Positions 51,010-59,930 of a stretch of 64,000 nucleotides of DNA are shown piece after piece; the stretch's first letter is position 1, and each line of letters begins with the position of its first letter. Below the pieces are notes generated by a model. That model was given only the letters and a program-made list of their open reading frames with translations. It was not told the DNA's origin and did not search any database. The translations under genes and the position numbers were made by a program. The DNA comes from an uncultured Gammaproteobacteria bacterium (GTDB lineage: Bacteria > Patescibacteriota > Patescibacteriia > DYHP01): NCBI GenBank assembly GCA_964525225.1, contig CAZGDX010000001.1, positions 40,654 through 104,653 on the forward strand. The letters run 5' to 3'.

Positions 51010-52096
51010 ATGAATCCCAAAATAGAAGAATTGCAGCAAAAGGTCCGGGATTTAGGGAGGTTTCTTTGACATAGAAACAGCCCGGAAAGAAATTAGAGTT
51101 TTAGAGGCGGAAATGAATTCCGCTGATTTTTGGAAAAACACCGAAGAAGCAAAAAAAGTTTCTGCCGAACACGGCGCCTTGTCGCAAAAGGTAAAGACAT
51201 TTGAAGATTTGGAAGATGAAGTGGCCGCGCTTGTTGATTTTGAAAAAGAAGCTGCGGTTTTGGCAGATAAAGAACTAAACGAAGAAATAACAAAAAAAAT
51301 AATTGAACTCCAAGCCCGGGTGGCTAAATTGGAGTTTTTTCTTTTATTTTCCGAAAAATACGACAAAAGTAATGCCATTATTTCAATTCATGCCGGCGCC
51401 GGGGGAACGGAAGCCCAGGATTGGGTCGGAATGATTCTGCGGATGATTATGAGGTATTGTGAAAAAAAGGGTTTTAAAACGCAGATTTTGGACGAGCATA
51501 GGGGCGCGGAAGCCGGATACAAGAGCGCGACTCTTTCGGTTGAAGGGGAATATGCTTATGGATATTTAAAATCCGAATCAGGGACGCACCGCCTGGTGCG
51601 CATTTCTCCGTTTGACGCGGAAAAAATGCGCCACACATCTTTTGCCGGGGTGGAAATTTTGCCGGAAATTCCAGAGACCGAAGAAGTGGTGATAGACCCT
51701 AAAGATTTGCGAGTGGATACATTTTTATCCGGCGGACATGGCGGTCAAAGCGTGCAAACCACTTATTCCGCGGTCCGCATAGTTCATATTCCAACCGGAA
51801 TTACGGTTTCTTGCCAAAATGAGCGCTCACAGCTAAAGAACAAGGAAATAGCAATGAAAGTGCTCCGCGCTAAATTATTTAAAAAATACGAAGAAGAACG
51901 GACAAAGGAAGTTCAAGAAATTCGCGGGGAGCATGTTTCCGCGGAGTGGGGAAGGCAAATCCGTTCGTATGTTTTGCACCCTTATAAAATGGTCAAAGAC
52001 CACCGCACCGATTACGAAACCCAAGATACCGACGCGGTTCTTGATGGCAATTTGGATGAATTTGTGGAACAATACTTAAGAAGTTTAAAGAAATAA
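51010..52096 (+). CDS. prfB: Peptide chain release factor 2 (programmed +1 frameshift)
   Basis: MNPKIEELQQKVRDLGRFL, then AGGGAGG-TTT-CTT-TGA-C at 51054-51070; SPF and GGQ motifs in the +1 frame. Confidence 0.96.
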
Positions 52097-52097
52097 A

Positions 52098-52664
52098 ATG
52101 AAAATCGCAAAGAAAATAAAAACAGAAGAAATTGCCCGTCTTTTAAAAAAGGGCGGAGTTGTGGTATTGCCGACCGATACGGCGTATGGCTTTTCGTGTG
52201 ATTCAAAAAATAAAAAAGCCATTAAAAGAATATATAATATAAAAGGAAGGCCGAAACAAAAACCATTCCTATTTATAGTATCAGATTTGAAAATGGTGGA
52301 AAAATTTTTTGTTTTATCGCCGGAGGAAAAGAAGCTTGCCAAAAAGCACTGGCCGGGACCGCTCTCGATTGTTCTTCGTCCCAAAAAAGACGGGAGGAGA
52401 GTGGGCGTGCGTGTGCCGGATAATAATCTTTGCCGCAAAATAATAAAAAAACTCGGCCGGCCGATTATCACGACTTCGGCGAATGTTTCCGGAATGGAAA
52501 CTCCGTACAGTATTACGGAAATTTTAAAACAATTCGGTAAAGCGGATTTTGCGGATTTGATAATTGATGTCGGAAAATTAAAAAAAGTTAAACCGTCAAC
52601 ATTGATAAAAATAGAGAAGGGGAAAGTAGTGGTTTTAAGGCAGGGGCCGGTTAAAATTATATAA
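52098..52664 (+). CDS. tsaC: L-threonylcarbamoyladenylate synthase (YrdC/Sua5)
   Basis: PTDTAYG, KGRP..KP, WPGPLS, TTSANVSG. Confidence 0.93.
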   Translation: MKIAKKIKTEEIARLLKKGGVVVLPTDTAYGFSCDSKNKKAIKRIYNIKGRPKQKPFLFIVSDLKMVEKFFVLSPEEKKLAKKHWPGPLSIVLRPKKDGRRVGVRVPDNNLCRKIIKKLGRPIITTSANVSGMETPYSITEILKQFGKADFADLIIDVGKLKKVKPSTLIKIEKGKVVVLRQGPVKII

Positions 52665-52744
52665 CCCCTCTTAATCTCCCCTTTGACAAAAGGGGAGAAA
52701 GTGTCGTCTCCCGCCCTTTTTCTAAAAGGAGGGTGGGGAGGGTT
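52663..52744. repeat. Double-hairpin REP-like intergenic repeat
   Basis: aacccctc..ctcccctttgacaaaaggggag..ccctttttctaaaaggaggg..ggagggtt. Confidence 0.65.
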
Positions 52745-52754
52745 AATTAAAGAA

Positions 52755-53558
52755 ATGTTAAACGCGTTTGAAATCAAAAAACTTTGTGAAGAACTCGGAA
52801 TCGTCCCCACAAAAAGCAAAGGACAGAATTTTTTGATAGATAAAAATATTTTGGATAAAATAATCGCTGCCGCGGATTTGAAAAAGAGTGATACGGTTTT
52901 GGAAGTTGGCCCGGGTCTGGGCGTTTTGACCGAAGAGCTTTTGAAGCGGGTACAAAAAGTGTTCGCCGTGGAATTGGATAAAAAATTATTTGAAAGATTA
53001 AGTGTTGTCTTTAAAAATAACAAAAATTTAAAAATCTACAACGCCGACATTTTGCAATTTGAAATTTGCAATTTGAAATTCAACAAAGTAGTTGCCAATC
53101 TTCCGTATCAGATAACGTCCGCGGTTATTAGAAAATTTTTGGAAAATGAGATTAAGCCGGAACTTATTGTTTTGATGGTTCAAAAAGAAGTGGCCGAACG
53201 CATTTGCACGCGTTCCGGAGATATGGGGCTCTTGTCAGTTTCCGTTCAATTTTATGGCAAACCGGAAATAGTTTCAAAAGTTTCAAAAAATTCTTTCTGG
53301 CCGGTGCCAAAAGTGGATTCGGCGATTTTAAAAATTACGCCGATTAAGCGAGAAAAAATAAATGAAGAAAAATTTTTCCGTATTGTCCGCGCGGGTTTTG
53401 CTCATCCTCGCAAACAGCTTCGTAGAAATTTGGCAGACGGATTAAATTTGCCGGTGAAAAAAATAGACAAAGCGATTCTATCCGCCAAGTTAAATCCAAA
53501 AATTCGGGCCGAAGAATTGGAGGTGGAGGATTGGATAAAGATTATGAGAATAATATAA
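52755..53558 (+). CDS. rsmA: 16S rRNA dimethyladenosine transferase
   Basis: GQNFLID, VLEVGPGLGVLT, VVANLPYQITS, MVQKEVAERI, PVPKVDS. Confidence 0.96.
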   Translation: MLNAFEIKKLCEELGIVPTKSKGQNFLIDKNILDKIIAAADLKKSDTVLEVGPGLGVLTEELLKRVQKVFAVELDKKLFERLSVVFKNNKNLKIYNADILQFEICNLKFNKVVANLPYQITSAVIRKFLENEIKPELIVLMVQKEVAERICTRSGDMGLLSVSVQFYGKPEIVSKVSKNSFWPVPKVDSAILKITPIKREKINEEKFFRIVRAGFAHPRKQLRRNLADGLNLPVKKIDKAILSAKLNPKIRAEELEVEDWIKIMRII

Positions 53559-53684
53559 AATGAACGTTCACTGAACGTTCATTTTATGTTTTTGTCATCC
53601 CGAGCGAAGCCGAGGGATCCCTTAAACATTGTCGAAGCGATTCCTCCACTCACTGCGGTTCGGTCGGAAAGACAATGTGATTTT

Positions 53685-54827
53685 CTATTCTTCAATAGCA
53701 AACCCGTCTTCGGTGTAAACATTCCGCGCGTTCCAGAACATCCATCCCGCTCCGCCAGCATCGGCCACCGCCTTAATCTGCGCTTTGATTTTTGCGGCAT
53801 CGTAATTCGCGCCCATATCAAAATCCTGAAGCCAAGGGCGGAGTTTGGCGAATTTTTCCGCGGGAATTTCAGGATGCGCTTTGCGGAAGTGTTCCAGGCG
53901 GACCATGGTTTCTTCTAAGCTCATTTTTACCACTTCATAAGGAAATTCCGCCGGGTTTTTATATTGCCTGAAACCGCCGTAATAGTGCGACGGATACATC
54001 ATTTGGGAAATGGCGTCAAAATGCGGATACGCGTCTATAATGCGCTGTCCGATGGTCAGGTCGTTATCATTGCAACAGGTTAGTCCGAACAGGTCCGCGG
54101 AAATCGGAATACCTTGCTGCCGGAGATTTTTATCTAGATATTCGTAAAAAGATTTTAAAGTTGCAAATTTTTCCCCGCCTTTCCAATAGTTGAATTTCAT
54201 TTGCGCCACCGGGCCATCGGAGGGAAAACGGATGTAGTCAAAATTTATTTCATCAAATCCGCGTTCGTATGCTTCGCGCGCCAACGTTATATTGTAATCC
54301 CAAATTCCTTGAACCGCGGGGTCTATCCACGTCGTTCCGCGCCAGTCCTTCCATAATCCGCCGTATTTGTTTTGAACGGCCCATTGCGGATTTTTGGCAA
54401 CGGCGGCCGGGTCCTGAAAAACAAAAACGCGCGCGATTAAATAGATATTTTTGCCATGCGCCTTTTTAATCATTCCGTCAAAATCCGGAATTTGAATATT
54501 GACATCTGCAAATTTTTTTAGATTTTGGTTTTTTGGTTCAAACGCCAGATATCCGGCGCCGGTTTTTATATCAATAACAAAAGAATTGATTTCGGTTTTT
54601 TCCGCGAATTTCAAAAGTTCTTCAAATCTTCTTGAACCCGCTGAATAAGCGGTTAAATAAATCGCTTTTGCTGTTTCAGGGGTTTGAATATGGAAGATTT
54701 TGGTTTCCGCGAATTCCGCCGGTTTTCTGTCAAATTGAAATAAAATCACAGTTCCGGCAATCAGAAAAGCCAGGCAAACGGCAGGAATCCAGAATATAGA
54801 TTTAATTTTAGAATAATTAATCTTCAT
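53685..54827 (-). CDS. Putative glycoside hydrolase (DUF4015-like)
   Basis: KAIYLT, IARVFVFQDP, GFDEINFDYIRFPSDG, MMYPSHY, RPWLQDF, WMFWNARNVY. Confidence 0.85.
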   Translation of the reverse strand: MKINYSKIKSIFWIPAVCLAFLIAGTVILFQFDRKPAEFAETKIFHIQTPETAKAIYLTAYSAGSRRFEELLKFAEKTEINSFVIDIKTGAGYLAFEPKNQNLKKFADVNIQIPDFDGMIKKAHGKNIYLIARVFVFQDPAAVAKNPQWAVQNKYGGLWKDWRGTTWIDPAVQGIWDYNITLAREAYERGFDEINFDYIRFPSDGPVAQMKFNYWKGGEKFATLKSFYEYLDKNLRQQGIPISADLFGLTCCNDNDLTIGQRIIDAYPHFDAISQMMYPSHYYGGFRQYKNPAEFPYEVVKMSLEETMVRLEHFRKAHPEIPAEKFAKLRPWLQDFDMGANYDAAKIKAQIKAVADAGGAGWMFWNARNVYTEDGFAIEE

Positions 54828-54861
54828 TCTTATATTATATCATTTTTGCGGTTCTTTTAAG

Positions 54862-54911
54862 AATGGCAAAGGGCACCTTTGACAACCCTGTCAAAGGTGC
54901 CCTTTGCCATT
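54862..54911. repeat. Perfect 23-bp inverted repeat
   Basis: aatggcaaagggcacctttgaca-accc-tgtcaaaggtgccctttgccatt. Confidence 0.9.
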
Positions 54912-54977
54912 GACTTTTAGCTGATTTTTTGTTAACCTTTTCTTAAAGGACTTTAAAAAATAGCAAGAGGCAAGCAG

Positions 54978-55397
54978 ATGAAAAAAAAGGTAGTTTTGTG
55001 TTTTTTGCTCTTGTTTTTTGAAAATACGGCTTTTGCCGAAGAATACAGGGTTGATGGCGGGATAGTGTCTGTATTAAGAACAGAAGATTATGTCAGATTT
55101 AGTTATATTCCGGACGATGTTTCGCAAAATTATACGCAGTATCTTTATATTTTAAGAGGGAACCACAGACATTTTAGGGAATTGCGAATATATCAGGCAG
55201 GAAGGCCGATGATATTTATCACGGCGAACGCGCAAGCCGACATCGTGAGAGTCGGAGTCGGGACGGAAAATTGTTATTGCGCTTTAAGCCGGTGCAAATC
55301 TCAGTGCGGATTGGGCAAAATGCTTTTAAATCTCTGGACAAACAAATTGAGGATAAACGAACATCTTGTGAACCCTAATCGCATTATTATTTTTTAA
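54978..55397 (+). CDS. Hypothetical secreted protein (accessory)
   Basis: Signal peptide MKKKVVLCFLLLFFENTAFA; own promoter and SD. Confidence 0.65.
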   Translation: MKKKVVLCFLLLFFENTAFAEEYRVDGGIVSVLRTEDYVRFSYIPDDVSQNYTQYLYILRGNHRHFRELRIYQAGRPMIFITANAQADIVRVGVGTENCYCALSRCKSQCGLGKMLLNLWTNKLRINEHLVNPNRIIIF

Positions 55398-55450
55398 AAA
55401 CTCCGCTTTCGTCTCGCGGCATTGCGGGACTATGGCGGGTAAGGAGAAGA

Positions 55451-55678
55451 ATGGGCAATAATTACGAGACCACTGCTTTGGCAAGAGCGGTTGTTATCGC
55501 GGTATTTGTTATCTTTATATTGTTGATTATTTTTGTGTCTAAATTTTTTCCAGAATCTTTGCCCGGTTCCGGCGGTTTTGACGCGGATGTCCGTGAATCG
55601 GATGTTTGTTGTTGCGAGAACGGTTTTGTGGTTGAACAAATTTCGTTTGGTCAATGTCCGGCCGAATGTTCGCCTTGA
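55451..55678 (+). CDS. Hypothetical TM protein with Cys-rich tail
   Basis: AAGGAG SD; one TM helix; VCCCENG..CPAEC. Confidence 0.5.
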   Translation: MGNNYETTALARAVVIAVFVIFILLIIFVSKFFPESLPGSGGFDADVRESDVCCCENGFVVEQISFGQCPAECSP

Positions 55679-55851
55679 CGGCCTCCTTGGCAGCGTCCGG
55701 GCGACGCTGGAAATTCTGACGGCGGCACTAAACGGGATGCCGACTGATTTCAAACTCTCCGCAGTACTGTGGAGAGTTTTTTATTGACAAAACGCGGTTT
55801 TTATGCAAAGATAGCGCAATACGGTCATTAAAAAAACGAAAAGGAGAGCAG

Positions 55852-56325
55852 ATGAGATATCCGCCGTTTCGGATAATTTTAATTCTGTTGTCAATTTATT
55901 GCCTGTCATTTTTTTTACAATGCGCAACGGAAGAAACGCAAGCGGGACAACTGCGGCAATTGCAAGAAGATTCTCAAGAAGAGCCGAAGGAAAAAATTAT
56001 CACTACAAAAAGAATGAGCACAATAACGATTGATTATTATGAAGGGAAAATTTACGTCGCGCGATATACCCATTTTTTAAAAAATCATCCAAGATATAAT
56101 AAATATTCCGGACGGGCCGCTTTTTATAAAAAGAATCCTCAAGTAAAGGCATGGATAAACCGCAAAAGAGAAGTTGCCATTGTTTATTATGGGGATTCCC
56201 GTTATGATTGCAGTTTTTTTAGATATAAATATACGAGTTGCAGAGCTGTCCAAAAAAGATTAATTTATTGGGAAAAACGGCTGGAGATTAAGCGGAGAGT
56301 GGAAGAAGCCGGAGGCGAGTATTGA
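55852..56325 (+). CDS. Hypothetical secreted protein (accessory)
   Basis: AAGGAG SD, N-terminal hydrophobic segment, own promoter, and terminator cccttggaatttttccaaggg. Confidence 0.65.
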   Translation: MRYPPFRIILILLSIYCLSFFLQCATEETQAGQLRQLQEDSQEEPKEKIITTKRMSTITIDYYEGKIYVARYTHFLKNHPRYNKYSGRAAFYKKNPQVKAWINRKREVAIVYYGDSRYDCSFFRYKYTSCRAVQKRLIYWEKRLEIKRRVEEAGGEY

Positions 56326-56400
56326 TTTTTGACCCTTGGAATTTTTCCAAGGGTTTTTTTTAATTGAATTTTTATCCGGAATTTAGTATTATATAAAAAT

Positions 56401-57174
56401 ATGAAACCAATCATAAAATCAAAAGAAGAAATAGAAATAATGCGCCAGGGCGGGAAAATCCTGTCGCGGGTTTTGAAGCAGGTCGTAAAGATGGCTAAGC
56501 CGGGTGTTGGGACTGTGGCGCTTGATGAATTTGCTGAAGAAGAAATGAGAAAAATCGGCGGGAAACCGGCGTTCAAGGGTTATCCGGCGCATTCAAAAAA
56601 TCCTTTCCCAAATACTTTATGCATTTCAATAAATGATGAAGTGGTTCATGGAATGGCAGCCCCTAACCGTATTTTGAAATCCGGGGATGTTTTGAGTTTG
56701 GACGCGGGATTAATATATAAAGGAATGTTTACGGATATGGCGGTTACGGTACCGGTTGGAAAAATTGACAAAGATGCCAAACGGCTCATAGACGCCACAA
56801 GCCAATCGCTGAATACCGGATTAAAAACAATAAAATCTGGCGCTGACCTTTCGGATTTGGGGCGGGCGATTGAAGAATTTGTTACTAAAAAAGGTTTTTA
56901 CGTGGTGCGCGATTTGACCGGGCACGGAGTTGGCAGGGAATTGCACGAAGCCCCGTCCATTCCAAATTTTTTTGACCGCGGATTTAGTGTTATCTTGCGC
57001 GAAGGAATGACGCTCGCGATTGAACCGATGGTTTGCGAATGTTCGCATGAAGTTTTTACAGATGACGATAATTGGACAATAAAAACTTGTGAAGGCGGGC
57101 GCGCGGCGCATTTTGAAGCGACTCTTGCGGTTACAAAAAACGGATGCGAAATTTTAACACCGATGTTTTGGTAA
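56401..57174 (+). CDS. map: Methionine aminopeptidase type I
   Basis: CISINDEVVHG, TGHGVG..LHEAP, LAIEPMV, AAHFEAT. Confidence 0.96.
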   Translation: MKPIIKSKEEIEIMRQGGKILSRVLKQVVKMAKPGVGTVALDEFAEEEMRKIGGKPAFKGYPAHSKNPFPNTLCISINDEVVHGMAAPNRILKSGDVLSLDAGLIYKGMFTDMAVTVPVGKIDKDAKRLIDATSQSLNTGLKTIKSGADLSDLGRAIEEFVTKKGFYVVRDLTGHGVGRELHEAPSIPNFFDRGFSVILREGMTLAIEPMVCECSHEVFTDDDNWTIKTCEGGRAAHFEATLAVTKNGCEILTPMFW

Positions 57175-57175
57175 T

Positions 57176-57568
57176 ATGATGCTCGGAATTGATTACGGCA
57201 CAAAAAATGTGGGAGTGGCGATCGGCGGGCCTGAAACCGGCCTGGCTTTGCCATATAAAACTTTGAAAAACGGAGATAAATTTTTTGCGGAACTTAAAAA
57301 AATTTGCGAAGACGAAAGAATAGAAAAAATAATAATCGGAATTCCGATGCCAACGCGAGGCGAGGCAGGGGAGCAAGTGGCGCGGGCGAAAAAGTTCGCT
57401 CATGCGATAGGCGAGAAAACCGGATGCCCGGTCGTCACGGTAGACGAGAAGTTCACCACCCGCGAGGTGAAAAGCTATTTCTCCGATTTTAAAAAAAAAA
57501 TGAAGAAAATAGAAAAAGACGCAGCCGCAGCTGCGATAATCCTTCAGAGTTATTTGGATAGGAAATAA
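57176..57568 (+). CDS. ruvX: RuvX/YqgF family nuclease
   Basis: LGIDYGTKNVGVA, IIIGIP, VDEKFTT, DAAAAAIILQSYL. Confidence 0.92.
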   Translation: MMLGIDYGTKNVGVAIGGPETGLALPYKTLKNGDKFFAELKKICEDERIEKIIIGIPMPTRGEAGEQVARAKKFAHAIGEKTGCPVVTVDEKFTTREVKSYFSDFKKKMKKIEKDAAAAAIILQSYLDRK

Positions 57569-57673
57569 GCCCTTGACAAAAAAGTAAAATTATAATAATA
57601 TAAAATGATTCTTTAATAAGAGTCATTTTTGTTCTTTTTAGAGTAAAAAATAAAAAAAGAGGAGCGAAGAAAA

Positions 57674-58372
57674 ATGTACCGAGAAAACGATGCCCATCTT
57701 GTTAGCGCAATTCAATTTGCCGAAGGATGTCGCGAGCTTGGAAAGAGATTTGAATTTACGAATGAAGAATAGGCGCAAGCATTTAATACGGTTTTTGGGA
57801 CTCGTATTAAGGTATCGTCCGTGGGTGTTCAGGATATTTTTGCCGATTGGCAGAAATTTTATAAAGATGTTTTCAACATTGATGTTAACTTGTCAAGCAT
57901 TCAAGTTCCCGCGCATCAGCAAGATTTTGACCGCGTTCTCATCATCGCCCAAGGCCTTACCCTAAACCAAGCATTTCAAGTTTGCATTAATAATTTTTCC
58001 TCGTGGAAATATGCCGACGATTTGGATAAAGCCATCACGAAAAACGACAGAAACCCAACCGTCGCCTACGCCGTTCGTTTCCGTGACAGGGTGGAAGCCG
58101 ATGAAGAACTAAAGAATCTTTCTGCTAATGATCTTGCCAGACAAGGCGTCAAAGGTATTACCCTGCTTGAACGGCTCATCTATGAGCTCAAGTATTGGAA
58201 AGAAACCAGCATGCATCTTGATATTGTCAATTGGACTCTTTGTACGGGTTCGCGCTATGCCGACGGCTGTGTTCCGGGCGTCAGTTGGCGCGATGTCAGG
58301 TTGTGCGTCAATTGGGACTTTTCTGCTTACTCTCGCGGCCTTTTGCGAGCTCGTTCCGCAGTTACCCTTTAA
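57674..58372 (+). CDS. Putative DGR-type target protein with an in-frame TAG at 57770-57772 (pseudogene, or restart at GTG 57821)
   Basis: GAGGAG SD before ATG 57674, in frame with the 57821 ORF; tail LDIVNWTLCTGSRYADGCVPGVSWRDVRLCVNWDFSAYSRGLLRARSAV. Confidence 0.68.
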
Positions 58373-58498
58373 TCTTTTATCTTTAACCCTTCGTACCGTT
58401 CTGCCGTATTGGCACGAACGGTATTTTTTATATAATGTGTTCGACTTGCTAAAAGATAAAAATTATTGTTAAGATAATTCTGAAATCGGAAATTATCT

Positions 58499-59230
58499 AT
58501 GTCCACCATCAGAACCTCCGGCATCGTGCTTCAAAAAAAAGAAATACGGGAAAATGACCGGCTGTACGTTGTATATACAAATGATTTGGGTAAAATTGAA
58601 GCGGTTGCCCGGGGAAGCAGAAAGATTTTAAGTAAATTGGCGCCACATTTGGAACCGCCAATTTTTTCTGACTTGATGATTGCCAAGGGAAAACAGTTGG
58701 ATAAAATCGCCGGCGCGGATACGATAAAAACGTATCCGAAAATCAGAGCGGATTTGGCGCGAACACAAGTAGTGTTCAGTGTTTTAAATCAGCTGAATCG
58801 CCTTACCAAGTTTAATAGCCATGACCCCAAAATATGGGCGCTTCTTGTGAAATTCTTGGAAATATGTGAAAATATCGTTGATAATATTTTTATTGAAAAA
58901 AAAGAAATATTGGAAAACGCGTTTTTAATAAAGTTTCTTTCGTTTTTGGGCTATAAGCCGGAACTTAAAAAATGCGTTTTTTGCGGAAAAGAAAATTTAT
59001 CGGAAAAATGGTATTTTGATTTTTTGAAAGGCGGAATTTTTTGCGCGGAATGCCTTAATAAAAATTCCTATCCGGACAGCCGTCAAAATCCGGTTTCTGT
59101 TTTATTTTTGGAAGAAATGAATTTTCTTTTATATAAAAAATTTGATGAAATTTTGGAAAGTTCTTTAAAAAATATGTCAAAAGAAACCAAAGAAATGGTA
59201 TCGTCCTTAATTGAAAATTACAGGGTCTAA
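58499..59230 (+). CDS. recO: DNA repair protein RecO
   Basis: GIVL..ENDR..GKIEAVARGSRKILSKL; LGYKPELKKCVFC..GGIFCAEC. Confidence 0.93.
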   Translation: MSTIRTSGIVLQKKEIRENDRLYVVYTNDLGKIEAVARGSRKILSKLAPHLEPPIFSDLMIAKGKQLDKIAGADTIKTYPKIRADLARTQVVFSVLNQLNRLTKFNSHDPKIWALLVKFLEICENIVDNIFIEKKEILENAFLIKFLSFLGYKPELKKCVFCGKENLSEKWYFDFLKGGIFCAECLNKNSYPDSRQNPVSVLFLEEMNFLLYKKFDEILESSLKNMSKETKEMVSSLIENYRV

Positions 59231-59250
59231 AATCAAAAAACGGAGAAAAG

Positions 59251-59523
59251 ATGCTTGAGACGATTTTGGGTATCGCGCTGGTATTGTATATTTTAATCGG
59301 ATTTTATATGACCGCGGTGATTTCCGCGCGGTTTCAGGAAGCGACAGGAGTAAGGATTGAATGGTACTATAAAATTATAGCGGTAATTTTTGGAATTTTT
59401 TGGATTTTGACAATAGCCATAAGCTTAATAATATTGTCCATTGAGCGCATACCGCCGGAAGTGAAAAACAAAAAGAAACAATCCGAAGAAAAACAGATTG
59501 GTTTTATTTCGCGATTAAAATAA
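59251..59523 (+). CDS. Hypothetical membrane protein
   Basis: GGAG SD; two TM helices. Confidence 0.6.
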   Translation: MLETILGIALVLYILIGFYMTAVISARFQEATGVRIEWYYKIIAVIFGIFWILTIAISLIILSIERIPPEVKNKKKQSEEKQIGFISRLK

Positions 59524-59540
59524 AAAAGAGAGGGAGAATA

Positions 59541-59750
59541 ATGAAGGAACAGCCAAAGCAGGAAGAGCATTACGGCGCGCGGGTCTGGGTTAATCCGACC
59601 ATTGAGTCGCTGAGACGAAAAGAATGTTTGTGCTTGAATTGTGGCAAAATTGGCGGATGCGCGAAAGCCAAAGCGCTTTATCAAATCTGTAAAGACGGAG
59701 ATTTGGCGCTCGCGGTAACCCGGTGTCCGGATTGGGAAGAGAAAGTTTGA
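59541..59750 (+). CDS. Small Cys-rich hypothetical protein
   Basis: GGGAG SD; ECLCLNC..C..C..RCP; terminator at about 59756-59780. Confidence 0.65.
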   Translation: MKEQPKQEEHYGARVWVNPTIESLRRKECLCLNCGKIGGCAKAKALYQICKDGDLALAVTRCPDWEEKV

Positions 59751-59930
59751 AATTGAGCCCCGAAATTAAGTCGGGGCTTTTATTTTTTAAGCAAAATGTT
59801 ATACTATTATAAAGATGAATGAACTCATATTGAGTTCCTATTTTATGTCATTCCGAGCCACAGCGAGGAATCTCACCCCGAGGTATGAGATCCTTCACTT
59901 CGTTCAGGATGACGTTAATTGATTATTACT

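Noticed and set aside
55676-55747. UGA readthrough or genetic code 25 (the frame continues RPPWQRPGDAGNSDGGTKRDAD after TGA)
   Set aside because: RF2 with its UGA-dependent frameshift is present and efp and scpB end in TGA; at most a nonsense mutation in an orphan gene.
57770-57772. Genome-wide TAG recoding or pyrrolysine
   Set aside because: pilT, rpsR and the MBL hydrolase end at TAG at the expected lengths; no suppressor tRNA or pyl genes are seen.
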